Positions 20,232 through 31,473 of a stretch of 64,000 bases of DNA are shown here, in pieces; position 1 is the stretch's first letter; each line of letters opens with the position of its first letter. The notes under the pieces are model-generated. The model made no database searches. It worked only from the letters and a program-made list of their open reading frames with translations, and was not told the origin of the DNA. Source of the DNA: an uncultured Bacteroides sp. (GTDB taxonomy: Bacteria; Bacillota; Clostridia; Lachnospirales; Lachnospiraceae). Location of the stretch: NCBI GenBank assembly GCA_964600805.1, contig CAZRKN010000002.1, forward strand, positions 11,967-75,966. Reading direction: 5' to 3'. A program made the translations under genes and the position numbers.

Positions 20232-20738
20232 ATGGGCAACATTATTTTAATCGGTTTTATGGGCTGCGGGAAATCCACTATAGGCGTCAAGCTGTCTTAC
20301 CGACTACGTCGCCCGGTGCTGGATACCGATAAGCTTATTGAGAAGGAAGAGGGAAGAACGATTTCTGAAATATTTGAAACGGATGGAGAAGAGTATTTCA
20401 GAAATATGGAGACGGAATGTATTAAGAAGCTGATTTTGACGGTACATAACCAGATTATATCCGTGGGCGGCGGTCTGCCCATGCGTGAAGTAAACCACGT
20501 ACTGTTAAAAGAGCTGGGAATGGTGGTCTATCTGCGCGCTCGAGCGGAGACAATCTATGAGAGAGTGAAGCATGATAAGTCCAGACCGCTTTTACAGTGC
20601 GATGATCCAAAGGAAAAGATAAGGACATTAATGGAACAACGTGCCGCCGCTTATGAATGCGCATCAGATGTGATTGTTGATGTGGATAATAAGGACTTTG
20701 ACACTATATTGGATGAAATTGTAAATACGGTAGAGTAG
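20232..20738 (+). CDS. aroK: Shikimate kinase
   Basis: IGFMGCGKST, GEEYFR, GGG, RPLL. Confidence 0.95.
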   Translation: MGNIILIGFMGCGKSTIGVKLSYRLRRPVLDTDKLIEKEEGRTISEIFETDGEEYFRNMETECIKKLILTVHNQIISVGGGLPMREVNHVLLKELGMVVYLRARAETIYERVKHDKSRPLLQCDDPKEKIRTLMEQRAAAYECASDVIVDVDNKDFDTILDEIVNTVE

Positions 20739-20763
20739 CTGAGAAAGGAGCAGGAGTATTAAA

Positions 20764-21192
20764 ATGAAAATACTGGTAATCAACGGGCCTAATCTGAATT
20801 TTTTAGGAATTAGGGAAAAAAGTGTGTATGGAGCACAGGATTATGACTATCTGCTTAATATGATAGCGGATAAAGGCAAAGAGGAAGGCTGCACGATAGA
20901 GGTATTCCAGAGTAATCACGAAGGCGCCATTATCGACAGGATTCAGGACGCTTATTTTGACGGAACGGAAGGTATAGTTATCAATCCGGGTGCTTTTACC
21001 CACTATAGCTATGCAATAAGAGATGCGCTTGAAAGCATCAAAGTTCCTAAGGTGGAAATACATATTTCAAATATCATGGAGCGCGAGGATTTCCGTAAAG
21101 TATCTGTGACCGCGCCGGTTTGTGATAAACAGATATATGGAAAAGGGTTAGAGGGGTATCTGATGGCGATTGATTTTGTGCTTGGTAAGTGA
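20764..21192 (+). CDS. aroQ: Type II 3-dehydroquinate dehydratase
   Basis: INGPNLNFLGIRE, QSNHEG, INPGAFTHYS, EIHISN. Confidence 0.97.
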   Translation: MKILVINGPNLNFLGIREKSVYGAQDYDYLLNMIADKGKEEGCTIEVFQSNHEGAIIDRIQDAYFDGTEGIVINPGAFTHYSYAIRDALESIKVPKVEIHISNIMEREDFRKVSVTAPVCDKQIYGKGLEGYLMAIDFVLGK

Positions 21193-21383
21193 TTGGAAAA
21201 GGGCTTTTCAAGGATTCTGAAAAAGAGCTTGCCGAATTGCAGGAGCTGTATGCACATAATAAGAAGAAACATGAGATTTTGAATTTGTTAATCTGGATGA
21301 CGAAAAAAAGTGCCATGGAGCTGCTTAATATGATTGCAAAAGAGTATCAGATAATATACTTTACGTGCCATGGAAAATATTGA
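21189..21383 (+). pseudogene. Remnant of a YhaN/SMC-like ATPase C-terminus
   Basis: FVNLDDEK in one frame (from 21284) and ELLNMIAKEYQIIYFTCH in another. Confidence 0.55.
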
Positions 21384-21449
21384 CAAAACCCTGATTGTAA
21401 GTATACTATTAAAAATCAAACAACAACATAATTTATAATTTGAAGGGAC

Positions 21450-23162
21450 GTGCAGGATATGAAATTTTCTGAAATGCAGTATACAAGGCTTGATATGGAA
21501 GCCGTTAAACGTAATCTTAATGAACTTACCAAACAGTTGGAGAGCTCACAAGACTATGAGACGGCAAGAGAAGTTTTTCTTAAGGTGGAAGACCTGAATA
21601 AAAATGTCGAAACACAGTACTGTCTCGCCAAAATTCGAAATGATATTGATACGCGCGATGAATTTTATGATAAGGAAGTGAATTTCTGGCATGAGGTTCT
21701 CCCAAAGATACAGGAATATCAGCAGGCATGGATTAATGCAATGTTAAAAAGTCCTTTTCGTAAGGATTTTGCAGCGCAGTACGGAGAGCTGATGTTTACG
21801 AATGCGGAAATGGAGCTTAAGACTTTCTCGCCTGAGATAATACCGCTTTTGCAGAAGGAAAACAATCTGAATCAGGAATATTCCAAGCTGCTTGCTTCAG
21901 CGCAGATTCCTTTTGAGGGGAAAGTGTATACAATTTCTCAAATGTCGCCGTTTAAAAACGACGCAGACGATAACCGCCGTCTTTCCGCATGGAAAGCGGA
22001 AGGCAAATGGTATAAAGACAATCAGGATAAACTTGACAGCATATATGACGAGCTTGTGCATCTGCGTGATGAGATGGGTAAAAAATTAGGCTACGGCGGT
22101 TATACCAGGCTTGGTTATTACCGTATGAGGCGTAACTGTTACGACAAGGAAGATGTGGAGAAATTCCGCTCGGCAGTTGTGAAGTATCTGGTGCCTGTAG
22201 CTGACATGATTTACCGCGAACAGGCTCTGCGCTTAGGAAAAGAATATCCTATGAGCTTCGCTGACAATGCATTGTCATTCCGTTCGGGCAATGCCAAGCC
22301 TGCCGGAACGCCTGATGATATTCTGGCGCAGGGCAGAAAGTTTTATGATGAGTTAAGCCCGGAAACAAGTGAGTTTTTCCGCATGATGCTGGATTCACAG
22401 CTGCTTGACGTGCTCTCCACGGAGGGTAAGGCGGGCGGGGGCTACTGCACGAGTCTGCCTGATTATGAAGTTCCGTTTATATTCGCTAATTTTAACGGAA
22501 CCAAACATGATGTTGAAGTAGTTACGCATGAGGCAGGGCATGCTTTTGCCGCATGGCTTAATCGAAAGCGCATACCTTTAGAAAGCGTCTGGCCGTCTTT
22601 GGAAGGCTGTGAGGTGCACTCCATGTCGATGGAATTTTTCGCATGGCCGTGGGCGGAAGGGTTCTTCGGAAAGGATACGCGTAAATTCTATTATACGCAT
22701 CTTGCCGATGCCATTACGTTTATTCCTTACGGCACTATGGTAGACCATTTCCAGCATGAGGTCTATGAGAAGCCTGATATGACGCCGGGGGAGCGCCATG
22801 CTGTCTGGAAGAAGCTTCTTGGCATATATATGCCGTGGATGAGATTGGACGGAGAAATTCCGTTTTATTCGGAAGCTGAGGGCTGGCAGAGACAGAGCCA
22901 CATATATGAAAGACCGTTCTATTATATTGATTATTGTCTGGCGCGGACAGTTTCTTTACAGTTCTGGGCAAAGATACAAAAAGACCCAAAAGAAGCATGG
23001 AAGCATTATATGGCATATACAAGGCAGGGCGGAAGCGACGTGTTTACGAAACTTCTTAAGAATGCAGGGCTTGACACTCCGTTTGAGGAAAGCTGCCTGC
23101 GCGGTGTGTGCGAAGCAGCGAAAAAGTGGCTGGATGAATTCGATTTAACGGGATTGGAGTAA
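21450..23162 (+). CDS. M3 family oligoendopeptidase
   Basis: KAGGGYC, HEAGH zinc motif, EVHSMSME, HIYERPFYYIDY. Confidence 0.93.
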   Translation: MQDMKFSEMQYTRLDMEAVKRNLNELTKQLESSQDYETAREVFLKVEDLNKNVETQYCLAKIRNDIDTRDEFYDKEVNFWHEVLPKIQEYQQAWINAMLKSPFRKDFAAQYGELMFTNAEMELKTFSPEIIPLLQKENNLNQEYSKLLASAQIPFEGKVYTISQMSPFKNDADDNRRLSAWKAEGKWYKDNQDKLDSIYDELVHLRDEMGKKLGYGGYTRLGYYRMRRNCYDKEDVEKFRSAVVKYLVPVADMIYREQALRLGKEYPMSFADNALSFRSGNAKPAGTPDDILAQGRKFYDELSPETSEFFRMMLDSQLLDVLSTEGKAGGGYCTSLPDYEVPFIFANFNGTKHDVEVVTHEAGHAFAAWLNRKRIPLESVWPSLEGCEVHSMSMEFFAWPWAEGFFGKDTRKFYYTHLADAITFIPYGTMVDHFQHEVYEKPDMTPGERHAVWKKLLGIYMPWMRLDGEIPFYSEAEGWQRQSHIYERPFYYIDYCLARTVSLQFWAKIQKDPKEAWKHYMAYTRQGGSDVFTKLLKNAGLDTPFEESCLRGVCEAAKKWLDEFDLTGLE

Positions 23163-23164
23163 AA

Positions 23165-23692
23165 ATGGGAAGGCAAAGAAAGTGGGGAAAGAATGGTTAT
23201 ATCCATGATTTTCACCGTACTGCTGACGGCGTATACAAATATGAGGGCAAATTTATGTATGCCGATAAGACGTTGCTCAAACGCCTGTATATGAAGCTTG
23301 CAATAATTCAGACGGTAATGATTATCGCGGCAATTATTCCGGGATTTGCGACAACGGCGGGGCTGCTCAATTCGTTTTATGTGATAATTCCCTATGTTTT
23401 ATGGGTTATTGCCGTTTTGGCTATGACTTACAAAACCGTTTGCATTATTTTAGGAGGCAGCCCGATGCGCAGTTATGTATATGAGCGCAGTGTGGCAGCA
23501 TATACGCCGTGCGCATATATTTCGCTTGCAGGCGCTGCATTAACGTTGCTTGGACTGATTGTGTTTATTTTATGTGGAGGGACAGGAGACGGTGCAGCAG
23601 TCTGCATATTGTGCTGTATAGTGCAGATTGTATCTTCTGCCGCCGCCGTAAAAAGTAAAGCAGCAGACTGTTTTACAGAGCGGGAAAATTAA
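23165..23692 (+). CDS. Four-TM hypothetical membrane protein
   Basis: Hydrophobic segments; 2 bp after the peptidase stop. Confidence 0.7.
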   Translation: MGRQRKWGKNGYIHDFHRTADGVYKYEGKFMYADKTLLKRLYMKLAIIQTVMIIAAIIPGFATTAGLLNSFYVIIPYVLWVIAVLAMTYKTVCIILGGSPMRSYVYERSVAAYTPCAYISLAGAALTLLGLIVFILCGGTGDGAAVCILCCIVQIVSSAAAVKSKAADCFTEREN

Positions 23693-23729
23693 AAAATAAT
23701 TGAAAAAAATGGTTTTTGTAGATTTTTTA

Positions 23730-23758
23730 TTGACGTAACTATTAATTATATGTAAAAT
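23730..23758 (+). promoter_or_regulatory. Putative sigmaA promoter of the opp operon
   Basis: TTGACG-17 bp-TAAAAT. Confidence 0.55.
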
Positions 23759-23798
23759 AATTGCTGGAAAGTTTTTTATATTAAAGGGAGGAATAAAA

Positions 23799-26129
23799 AT
23801 GAAAACTACTAAGAAACTTTTAGCGTTGCTGTTATCCTTAGTAATGGTGTTTTCATTAGCTGCCTGCGGTTCTGATAATAATGAACCTGAGCAGACGCCT
23901 GTTGATACACCGACTGAAACACCTGCTGATAACGGCGAACAACAGACAACTCCGGACACAACGGGGGGGGATGTTCAGGCAACACAGCCTGTAAATGACA
24001 CTCTGGTTGCTTCATGCGATCAGGGACTGGAAGGAAAATTCTCTCCGTTCTTCGGACTTAGCTCGGCGGACATTGATATTTCGGATATGACGCAGGTAGG
24101 ACTTATTGCCGTGGACCGTGTTTCCAATCCGGTGCTTAAAGGTATCGAGGGTGAGACCCGCAGTTATAACGGCAAGGACTACACTTATTATTCTGCAGCC
24201 GATATCGATGTTACCGAAAATGCTGACGGCACGGTGTATTATGATGTCACAATGAGAGACGATATTAAGTTCACCGACGGAACGATGGCGGATATTGATG
24301 ATGTCATCTTCGGTATGTATGTATATCTGGATCCTACTTATGACGGAAACTCTACATTATTTTCCACGCCGATTGAAGGCGTTGAAGAGTACAGAAGCGG
24401 AGTTGACCCGTTGTATGCGCTGTTGATTGAAGCCGGCGAGGACAATACCGATTTTACTAATTGGGATGAAGCTAAGCAGACCGCTTTCTGGAGCGAGGGC
24501 CTTCCGGCGGCAGGCGAGAAATTTGCACAGTCTATTATTGACTACTGTGTAATTAACGGCTATGCAAGCGCTGACGATCCTGTAGAGGCAGTTACCCCTA
24601 ACTGGGGCTTTGACGTTCCCGAAGGAGCTACCGTTGCAGATTTCTTTAATGTAATGGTGGAAGCTTATGGCGGCGATTATAACGCTCTGTCAGATACCGA
24701 AGCAGCAAGCGGAAGCTTATGGAGCTATATTGACCCTGAATATCAGGTTGGTATCATAACCGGTAATTCAGCGCCCAATATTTCGGGTATCCAGCGTACC
24801 GGCGATTATTCCATGCGCGTAGTTGCTACGAGAGTTGACGCAACAATGATTTATCAGTTGTCACTGCCTGTTGCGCCTATGCACTACTATGGCGACGAGA
24901 GCCTGTATGATTATGAAAATAACAGCTTCGGTTTCCCGAAAGGTGATTTGTCCATAGTTAAGTCCAAGACAACGAAACCTATGGGAGCAGGACCGTATAT
25001 TTTCAAAGACTATTCCAACGGCGTAGTATATATGGATGCTAATCCGGATTATTATAAGGGTGCGCCTAAAATTGCACATTTGAATTTCATGGAGACGGCG
25101 GAGGCGGATAAAGTAACCGGTATTACCGCAGGAACTCTGGATGTTTCAGATCCTTCATATTCTACCGATATAGCAAATCAGGCAGCTGATATTAACGGCA
25201 CAGATGATTTTGAAGGACCCGTAATTACTACCAAACTCGTTGATTTTAACGGATATGGATATGTCGGACTGTCGGCTAACAACATAAAGGTCGGAAACGA
25301 TAGCTCATCGGAAGAATCGCGTAACCTGCGTAAGGCTATTGCAACCGTAATCGCAGCTTACCGTGACGAAGGTATTGATTCCTATTATGGAAATACTGCT
25401 TCCGTTATCCAGTATCCGATTTCAAATACTTCATGGGCAGCTCCGCAGGTTACTGACGACGGTTATACAATCGCTTATTCAGTAGACGTTGAGGGCAATC
25501 CTATTTATACAGATGGCATGAGCGCAGAAGATAAATATGATGCTGCACTGCAGGCGTCGCTTGGTTATTTCGAGGCAGCAGGCTTTACTGTTGAAGACGG
25601 TAAAGTTACCGCAGCTCCTGAAGGCGCGAAGCTTGAGTATGAGGTAAATATCGGCGGAGGCGGTAACGGAGACCACCCTACATTCCTGATTCTTAAGAAT
25701 GCTTCTGATGCACTTGCAAAAATAGGCATTACATTAAGTGTGAATGACCTTGCTAACGCAAATGATTTATATGCTTCTTATCAGACCGGAGTTGCAGAGA
25801 TGTGGTGTGCGGCATGGGGTTCAGCTTCTGACCCTGATATGTATCAGCTTTACCATTCTACCGGTACGACTAACTACTATCTGATAGCTGATGATGAGTT
25901 AGATGAGCTGATTGAAGCAGGACGTCTTTCCACAGACCAGACTTATCGTAAGAGCTTATATAAGGCTGCTATGGAGATTATCATGGACTGGGGCGTAGAA
26001 CTTCCGATTTATCAGCGTTCAGAATGTATGATGTTTGCAACGGAGCGTGTTAATACAGCTTCTCTTCCGACTGATATGACTCCTTACTGGACATGGAAAA
26101 GTGAAGTTGAGAAGCTTGAAATGAAATAG
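23799..26129 (+). CDS. oppA: Peptide ABC transporter substrate-binding lipoprotein (family 5)
   Basis: Lipobox LAAC; FTDG, PMGAGPY, NPDYY, LRKAI. Confidence 0.88.
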   Translation: MKTTKKLLALLLSLVMVFSLAACGSDNNEPEQTPVDTPTETPADNGEQQTTPDTTGGDVQATQPVNDTLVASCDQGLEGKFSPFFGLSSADIDISDMTQVGLIAVDRVSNPVLKGIEGETRSYNGKDYTYYSAADIDVTENADGTVYYDVTMRDDIKFTDGTMADIDDVIFGMYVYLDPTYDGNSTLFSTPIEGVEEYRSGVDPLYALLIEAGEDNTDFTNWDEAKQTAFWSEGLPAAGEKFAQSIIDYCVINGYASADDPVEAVTPNWGFDVPEGATVADFFNVMVEAYGGDYNALSDTEAASGSLWSYIDPEYQVGIITGNSAPNISGIQRTGDYSMRVVATRVDATMIYQLSLPVAPMHYYGDESLYDYENNSFGFPKGDLSIVKSKTTKPMGAGPYIFKDYSNGVVYMDANPDYYKGAPKIAHLNFMETAEADKVTGITAGTLDVSDPSYSTDIANQAADINGTDDFEGPVITTKLVDFNGYGYVGLSANNIKVGNDSSSEESRNLRKAIATVIAAYRDEGIDSYYGNTASVIQYPISNTSWAAPQVTDDGYTIAYSVDVEGNPIYTDGMSAEDKYDAALQASLGYFEAAGFTVEDGKVTAAPEGAKLEYEVNIGGGGNGDHPTFLILKNASDALAKIGITLSVNDLANANDLYASYQTGVAEMWCAAWGSASDPDMYQLYHSTGTTNYYLIADDELDELIEAGRLSTDQTYRKSLYKAAMEIIMDWGVELPIYQRSECMMFATERVNTASLPTDMTPYWTWKSEVEKLEMK

Positions 26130-26157
26130 TAAGTTCCCATACATGGGAATCTTTATG

Positions 26158-26190
26158 ATATCCCCTGTTCCATATAGAACAGGGGATATT
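26158..26190 (+). terminator. Stem-loop after oppA
   Basis: ATATCCCCTGTTC...GAACAGGGGATAT. Confidence 0.65.
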
Positions 26191-26329
26191 ATGTAAAAAC
26201 AGGCTTTAAAGCCTTTGCTTTCTGCATTTCAGCAGAGAACCGCATAAGAATGCGATTTTGTGCTGTGCTGTAGAAAGATACTAATACAGGCATACTCAGG
26301 TTATAACGACCAAAAAAGGAGGGTTTATT

Positions 26330-27316
26330 TTGCGTAACTACATTATCAAGCGCATTTTTTTGTCAATTTTAATTCTGTTTTGTGTATCGTTTATTATTTA
26401 TGCCGTCCTGCGCTGTCTTCCGGCATCATATGTGGAGAATATGGCGCAGCAGCTGGCGTCGGCGCCGGGTGCCAAACCTTATAATGAATGGCTTGACCAG
26501 CTTAATGCATCTTATGGTCTGGATAAGGGAATTATTGCAGGATATCTGGTATGGCTCAAAGATTTTGCTTCCGGAAACTTCGGAGACAGTTGGAAGTTTA
26601 CGGTACCTGTAATAGAAAAATTTAATGATGTAATCTGGCTGTCTTTCGTAATGGGAGCTATTTCATTCATATTGGAGCTTCTCATAGCCATTCCGCTTGG
26701 TATTATAGCGGCAACCAAGCAGTATTCCAAGGCGGATTACATAATAACAGCCGGAGCGCTGGTAGGTATATCGCTTCCGACATTCTTTTTTGCCACGCTG
26801 CTTAAGCTGCTTTTTTCCGTTAAGCTGCAATGGTTTGACATAGCGGGCCTGGTTGGGCGTAACTATGCCAAATTGGATGCTATGGGACAGTTCTGGGATA
26901 AGGCTCACCATCTGGTGCTGCCAATCGTTACCTTAGTTATTGTATCGGTCGGTTCTATGATGCGTTACACGAGGACCAATATGCTGGAAGTTTTGAATGC
27001 CGATTACATACGTACTGCGAGGGCTAAAGGACTGAGTGAAAATAAAGTTATATATAAACATGCGTTTCGCAATACGCTTATTCCGTTGGTGACAATAATC
27101 GGCGGCTCTCTGCCGGGACTGTTTTCGGGAGCGTTAATAACAGAGACATTGTTTGCGATTCCGGGAATCGGTTACACTTCTTATCAGGCGATGGTAATAG
27201 GGGATATTCCTTTCTCAATGTTTTATATGACGTTTTTGGCAGTGTTGACACTGGCAGGTAATCTGATTTCGGATATTCTGTATGCGGTTGTAGACCCCCG
27301 CGTACGAATTGCATAG
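26330..27316 (+). CDS. oppB: Peptide ABC permease
   Basis: YIRTARAKGL, HAFRN, LYAVVDPRVR. Confidence 0.92.
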   Translation: MRNYIIKRIFLSILILFCVSFIIYAVLRCLPASYVENMAQQLASAPGAKPYNEWLDQLNASYGLDKGIIAGYLVWLKDFASGNFGDSWKFTVPVIEKFNDVIWLSFVMGAISFILELLIAIPLGIIAATKQYSKADYIITAGALVGISLPTFFFATLLKLLFSVKLQWFDIAGLVGRNYAKLDAMGQFWDKAHHLVLPIVTLVIVSVGSMMRYTRTNMLEVLNADYIRTARAKGLSENKVIYKHAFRNTLIPLVTIIGGSLPGLFSGALITETLFAIPGIGYTSYQAMVIGDIPFSMFYMTFLAVLTLAGNLISDILYAVVDPRVRIA

Positions 27317-27331
27317 AGGGGAGGGATATTA

Positions 27332-28888
27332 ATGGCTGAAGAGAAAAAAGTAAATGTGCAGTCTGACGCAGTGGCGCAGGAAGAGCTTTCACTTAATGAT
27401 GACCGCCGTGTCAAAACGCTTTCACCGGGAGCTCTGGTTGCAAAGAGATTTTTCCGTAACCGTCTGGCTGTATTAGGTTTGATTATGTTGATAACAATGT
27501 TCATTTTTTCTTTTATAGGAGGTATGATTATCCCTTACGGTCAGGATGAGCAGTTCTATACTCATACATATCTGGAAAAAGAGTATGTGGCGGTTACCAA
27601 AAATGAGGATATCAGATACATTTCCGCTGAAGGAAAAGACTTTAAGACTACAGTGCAGGCGCAGTTCATGCTTGCGCAAATGACGAACAAGACTGAGTTT
27701 TCATATAAGGATGTCAATTATGAGATATCCGCAGAGGGCAATGATTTATACCTGATTACGTCGGGGGGCGAGAATATCGCGATTGCCTATAAGGATATAG
27801 TTAATGCAAGCGACGGAGTTGCGGAGCTTTCCTTTGAAACCAAGCTTAACGCCTTAAGGGCATATACCAATGGTAAAACAGGGAACTTTACCGCAGAAGG
27901 CAACGAATACGAACTGGACGAATTTGGAAATATTATATGCGGCGGTGAAGTTGTGGCTTATATCAGCCGCTTCATAGTACAGTCAAAAAACAACGGCGTC
28001 GTAATACCCAGAACATATAAGGAATATCTGGAAGGGGTAATTGACGAAGGCTTGGAAGAGTTTGATTATACAGGAGATGACGGAGAGGCGCATAGCTACA
28101 CCATCAGTTATGACCCAAGTGCAAAAGTATGGTCTGTCATACAGGCGACAGACAGTTATGTATATGATAAATATGCACAGCCTTCGAAAAAGCATCCTTT
28201 AGGAACTGATTCAAACGGTATGGATATGCTTACGCGTCTGATGTATGGCGGCAGGGTATCGCTGGTTATAGGATTCATAGTTGTTATTATTGAAACTGTA
28301 TTAGGCATCATTATGGGTGGCATTGCCGGGTATTTCGGCGGATGGATAGACAATCTTATTATGCGTATAGTTGATGTTTTCTATTGTATTCCCTCAACTC
28401 CGTTGATTATAATTTTGGGAGCCGCAATGGATGGAATGCGTGTAGACCCGCAGATTCGTATGGTCTATCTTATGCTGATTCTGGGAATACTGGGATGGCC
28501 GGGCATTGCCCGTATGGTACGTGGACAGATATTGTCTTTACGTGAACAGGAATTCATGACGGCGGCGGAAGCCTGCGGCATCAGTATATACAGGAGAATT
28601 TTTAAACATTTGATTCCAAATGTAATACCGCAGCTTATTGTTATCTGCACCATGGGACTCGGCTCCACGATTATAATGGAGTCTACGCTGTCATTTTTGG
28701 GACTTGGCGTTAAATTCCCATTTGCCTCATGGGGTAATATTATTAATGACGTAAATAATTCTTACGTTTTGACTAACTACTGGTTCATCTGGATTCCGGC
28801 AGGAGTATGTCTGCTGATTGCAGTTCTTGGGTTCAATTTCGTGGGCGACGGTCTGAGAGATGCTTTTGACCCTAAGATGAAACGTTAG
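27332..28888 (+). CDS. oppC: Peptide ABC permease with a large extracytoplasmic insertion
   Basis: HPLGTD, LREQEF, GDGLRDAFDP. Confidence 0.92.
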   Translation: MAEEKKVNVQSDAVAQEELSLNDDRRVKTLSPGALVAKRFFRNRLAVLGLIMLITMFIFSFIGGMIIPYGQDEQFYTHTYLEKEYVAVTKNEDIRYISAEGKDFKTTVQAQFMLAQMTNKTEFSYKDVNYEISAEGNDLYLITSGGENIAIAYKDIVNASDGVAELSFETKLNALRAYTNGKTGNFTAEGNEYELDEFGNIICGGEVVAYISRFIVQSKNNGVVIPRTYKEYLEGVIDEGLEEFDYTGDDGEAHSYTISYDPSAKVWSVIQATDSYVYDKYAQPSKKHPLGTDSNGMDMLTRLMYGGRVSLVIGFIVVIIETVLGIIMGGIAGYFGGWIDNLIMRIVDVFYCIPSTPLIIILGAAMDGMRVDPQIRMVYLMLILGILGWPGIARMVRGQILSLREQEFMTAAEACGISIYRRIFKHLIPNVIPQLIVICTMGLGSTIIMESTLSFLGLGVKFPFASWGNIINDVNNSYVLTNYWFIWIPAGVCLLIAVLGFNFVGDGLRDAFDPKMKR

Positions 28889-28904
28889 GAAAGGAGAAAA
28901 CAAC

Positions 28905-30056
28905 ATGGCAAAAAATAAACCGGAAGGATATCTATCAGCGAAAGAAGCACGCAGGATTTCCAAGGAGAACCGCCGTATTACTGATAAATTTGAGAAAGAA
29001 CGTAAAAGAAAGAATGTACCGGAATCCGAATATATTACTACGATGAAAGACCCTGATAACGCGGTAGAATTTGATAATCTGCATACTTATTTTTTCACGG
29101 ATGCAGGCACCGTTAAATCCGTGGACGGAGTAACATTTGAAGTGCCGGTTGGAAAGACCGTAGGCGTTGTAGGTGAATCGGGCTGCGGTAAATCCGTTAC
29201 CAGCCTGTCCTTAATGCAGTTGATTCAGCGTCCGCAGGGACAAACCGTAGAGGGAGAGATTCGCCTGAATCTGGGAGACGGCAAGGCGTACAATGTTGTT
29301 AAGACCCCAAATGAGAAGATGATGAATCTGCGCGGAAATTATGTTTCGATGATTTTTCAGGAGCCAATGACGAGCTTAAATCCGGTTTTCCGCATCGGAG
29401 AACAGTTAGAGGAGGTTATCGTTCTTCATAACAATACAGACGGTAATAAGGAGTCTGTGAAGAAACGTACCATAGAGTTATTGGAAATGGTTGGAATAGC
29501 CAATAGCGAAGGCGTTTATAAGATGTATCCTCATGAGCTCTCAGGCGGTATGAGACAGCGTGTCATGATTGCCATGGCGCTGGCGTGCAATCCGAAGGTT
29601 ATCATAGCCGACGAACCGACGACAGCGCTGGATGTTACGATACAGGCACAGATTCTGGATTTGCTGAGAAACTTAAAAGATAAAATCAATTCCTCCATTA
29701 TGCTGATTACCCATGATCTGGGCGTTATTGCAGAGATGGCAGATTATGTCGTAGTTATGTATGCAGGACGTGTGGTAGAGAAAGGAACGGTAAGGGATAT
29801 CTTTTCACATCCTTCACACCCGTATACTATTGGGCTGATGGCGTCGAAACCGGTTGTAGGCAAAGAGGTTGACAGGCTGTATTCGATTCCCGGTAAGGTG
29901 CCGAACCCTATAAATATGCCTAATTACTGCTATTATAAAGACAGATGCGAGATGTGTGTGGACGGCTGTGCGGGCGAATATCCGAAGGAAATCAGCATAT
30001 CTGATACACATAAGGTAAGCTGCTATCGTTTTTATGATGGAAAGGGGGAGAGGTAG
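28905..30056 (+). CDS. oppD: Peptide ABC ATPase
   Basis: [29 protein letters not shown]. Confidence 0.93.
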   Translation: MAKNKPEGYLSAKEARRISKENRRITDKFEKERKRKNVPESEYITTMKDPDNAVEFDNLHTYFFTDAGTVKSVDGVTFEVPVGKTVGVVGESGCGKSVTSLSLMQLIQRPQGQTVEGEIRLNLGDGKAYNVVKTPNEKMMNLRGNYVSMIFQEPMTSLNPVFRIGEQLEEVIVLHNNTDGNKESVKKRTIELLEMVGIANSEGVYKMYPHELSGGMRQRVMIAMALACNPKVIIADEPTTALDVTIQAQILDLLRNLKDKINSSIMLITHDLGVIAEMADYVVVMYAGRVVEKGTVRDIFSHPSHPYTIGLMASKPVVGKEVDRLYSIPGKVPNPINMPNYCYYKDRCEMCVDGCAGEYPKEISISDTHKVSCYRFYDGKGER

Positions 30057-31079
30057 ATGAGTGATAATAAACTGATAATAGATAATGAATATACTCCTGT
30101 GGAATATGATCCGCAATATATTTTAATGGTTAATTCCCTGAAAAAATATTTTCCTATCAAAGGCGGTATGCTTTCCAAAACTATTGGATATGTTAAAGCA
30201 GTAGACGGCGTTACGTTCAACTTAAAACGCGGAACGACTATGGGTCTGGTAGGTGAATCCGGATGCGGTAAAACCACTACGGGACGGACGATTTTACGTC
30301 TTTCCGGAGAAAAGAGCGGCGGAGAGGTGCTCTTCAACGGAAAGGAAGTATATGACCTGTCAAACAAGGAGATGCGAGAGCTGCGCACCAAGATGCAGAT
30401 AATATTTCAGGATCCTTTTTCAAGTCTCTCACCGCGTCTTCCGGTTGCCGAGATTATCGGTGAGGCAGTGCGTGAGCATGGCATAGCGGATAAGTCTGAA
30501 TTTGATGATTATATTGATAATGTTATGGATAACTGCGGATTGCAGCCTTTTCACAAGGACCGCTACCCGCATGAGTTCTCGGGCGGACAAAGACAGCGTA
30601 TCTGTATAGCGCGTGCGCTTGCCTTAAATCCGGAGTTTGTAGTCTGCGACGAGCCTGTATCCGCGCTTGATGTGTCCATTCAGGCACAGATTATAAATCT
30701 GCTTAAGGATTTGCAGGAACAGCATAAACTTACTTATTTGTTTATTTCGCATGATTTGAGTGTGGTAGAGCATATTTCGGATACGGTCGGTGTAATGTAT
30801 CTGGGCAATCTGGTAGAATACGGAACTACGAAGGATATTTTTAAAAATCCTCTGCATCCTTATACCAAGGCGCTGTTTTCGGCTATTCCGATTCCTGATC
30901 CGGATTCCAAGATGGAGCGTATAGTTTTAGAGGGAACGATTCCTTCTCCGGCAAACCCGCCGTCAGGCTGTAAATTTCATACCCGTTGCGCGCATTGCAT
31001 GGAAAAGTGCAAAGAAGCGGCACCGGTGCAGAAGGAAATTGAGCCGGGGCATTATGTGGTATGCCATTTGTATGATTGA
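30057..31079 (+). CDS. oppF: Peptide ABC ATPase
   Basis: GESGCGKT, FSGGQRQR, CDEPVSALD, PSGCKFHTRC. Confidence 0.93.
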   Translation: MSDNKLIIDNEYTPVEYDPQYILMVNSLKKYFPIKGGMLSKTIGYVKAVDGVTFNLKRGTTMGLVGESGCGKTTTGRTILRLSGEKSGGEVLFNGKEVYDLSNKEMRELRTKMQIIFQDPFSSLSPRLPVAEIIGEAVREHGIADKSEFDDYIDNVMDNCGLQPFHKDRYPHEFSGGQRQRICIARALALNPEFVVCDEPVSALDVSIQAQIINLLKDLQEQHKLTYLFISHDLSVVEHISDTVGVMYLGNLVEYGTTKDIFKNPLHPYTKALFSAIPIPDPDSKMERIVLEGTIPSPANPPSGCKFHTRCAHCMEKCKEAAPVQKEIEPGHYVVCHLYD

Positions 31080-31094
31080 GGATAGAGGCCATTT

Positions 31095-31376
31095 ATGGGA
31101 AAAGATAATGATTATGAGGACGATGGACGGACAATTGCCGATATGAGTATGTTAGGAGAACGTCACGATTCGTTTTTGGGCAGACTCATTTTTAATCAGG
31201 CCAAAAGTGATGGCGATAATACTAAACTTCCTCCGTATATGCAGGACAGCGCGGCATTTACATGGAAAGAGCGTTTGTACTATGCAGGAGGAGCTTTGGC
31301 GGCATCCCTTCTTATAGCGTTAATTTTTCTTGGCGGAATAGCTTTTATAATATGGCTCATTACATTATATGCATGA
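31095..31376 (+). CDS. Small hypothetical membrane protein
   Basis: DDGRTIADM N-terminus, C-terminal TM helix. Confidence 0.7.
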   Translation: MGKDNDYEDDGRTIADMSMLGERHDSFLGRLIFNQAKSDGDNTKLPPYMQDSAAFTWKERLYYAGGALAASLLIALIFLGGIAFIIWLITLYA

Positions 31377-31473
31377 TTTTTTTGATTTTTTTAGTATTTG
31401 AGGTTGAAAAAAGGAAATTTATAGTATAAACTAAATAGGAATTATATTTGTGAAAATCTAGGAGGATTGTTTT

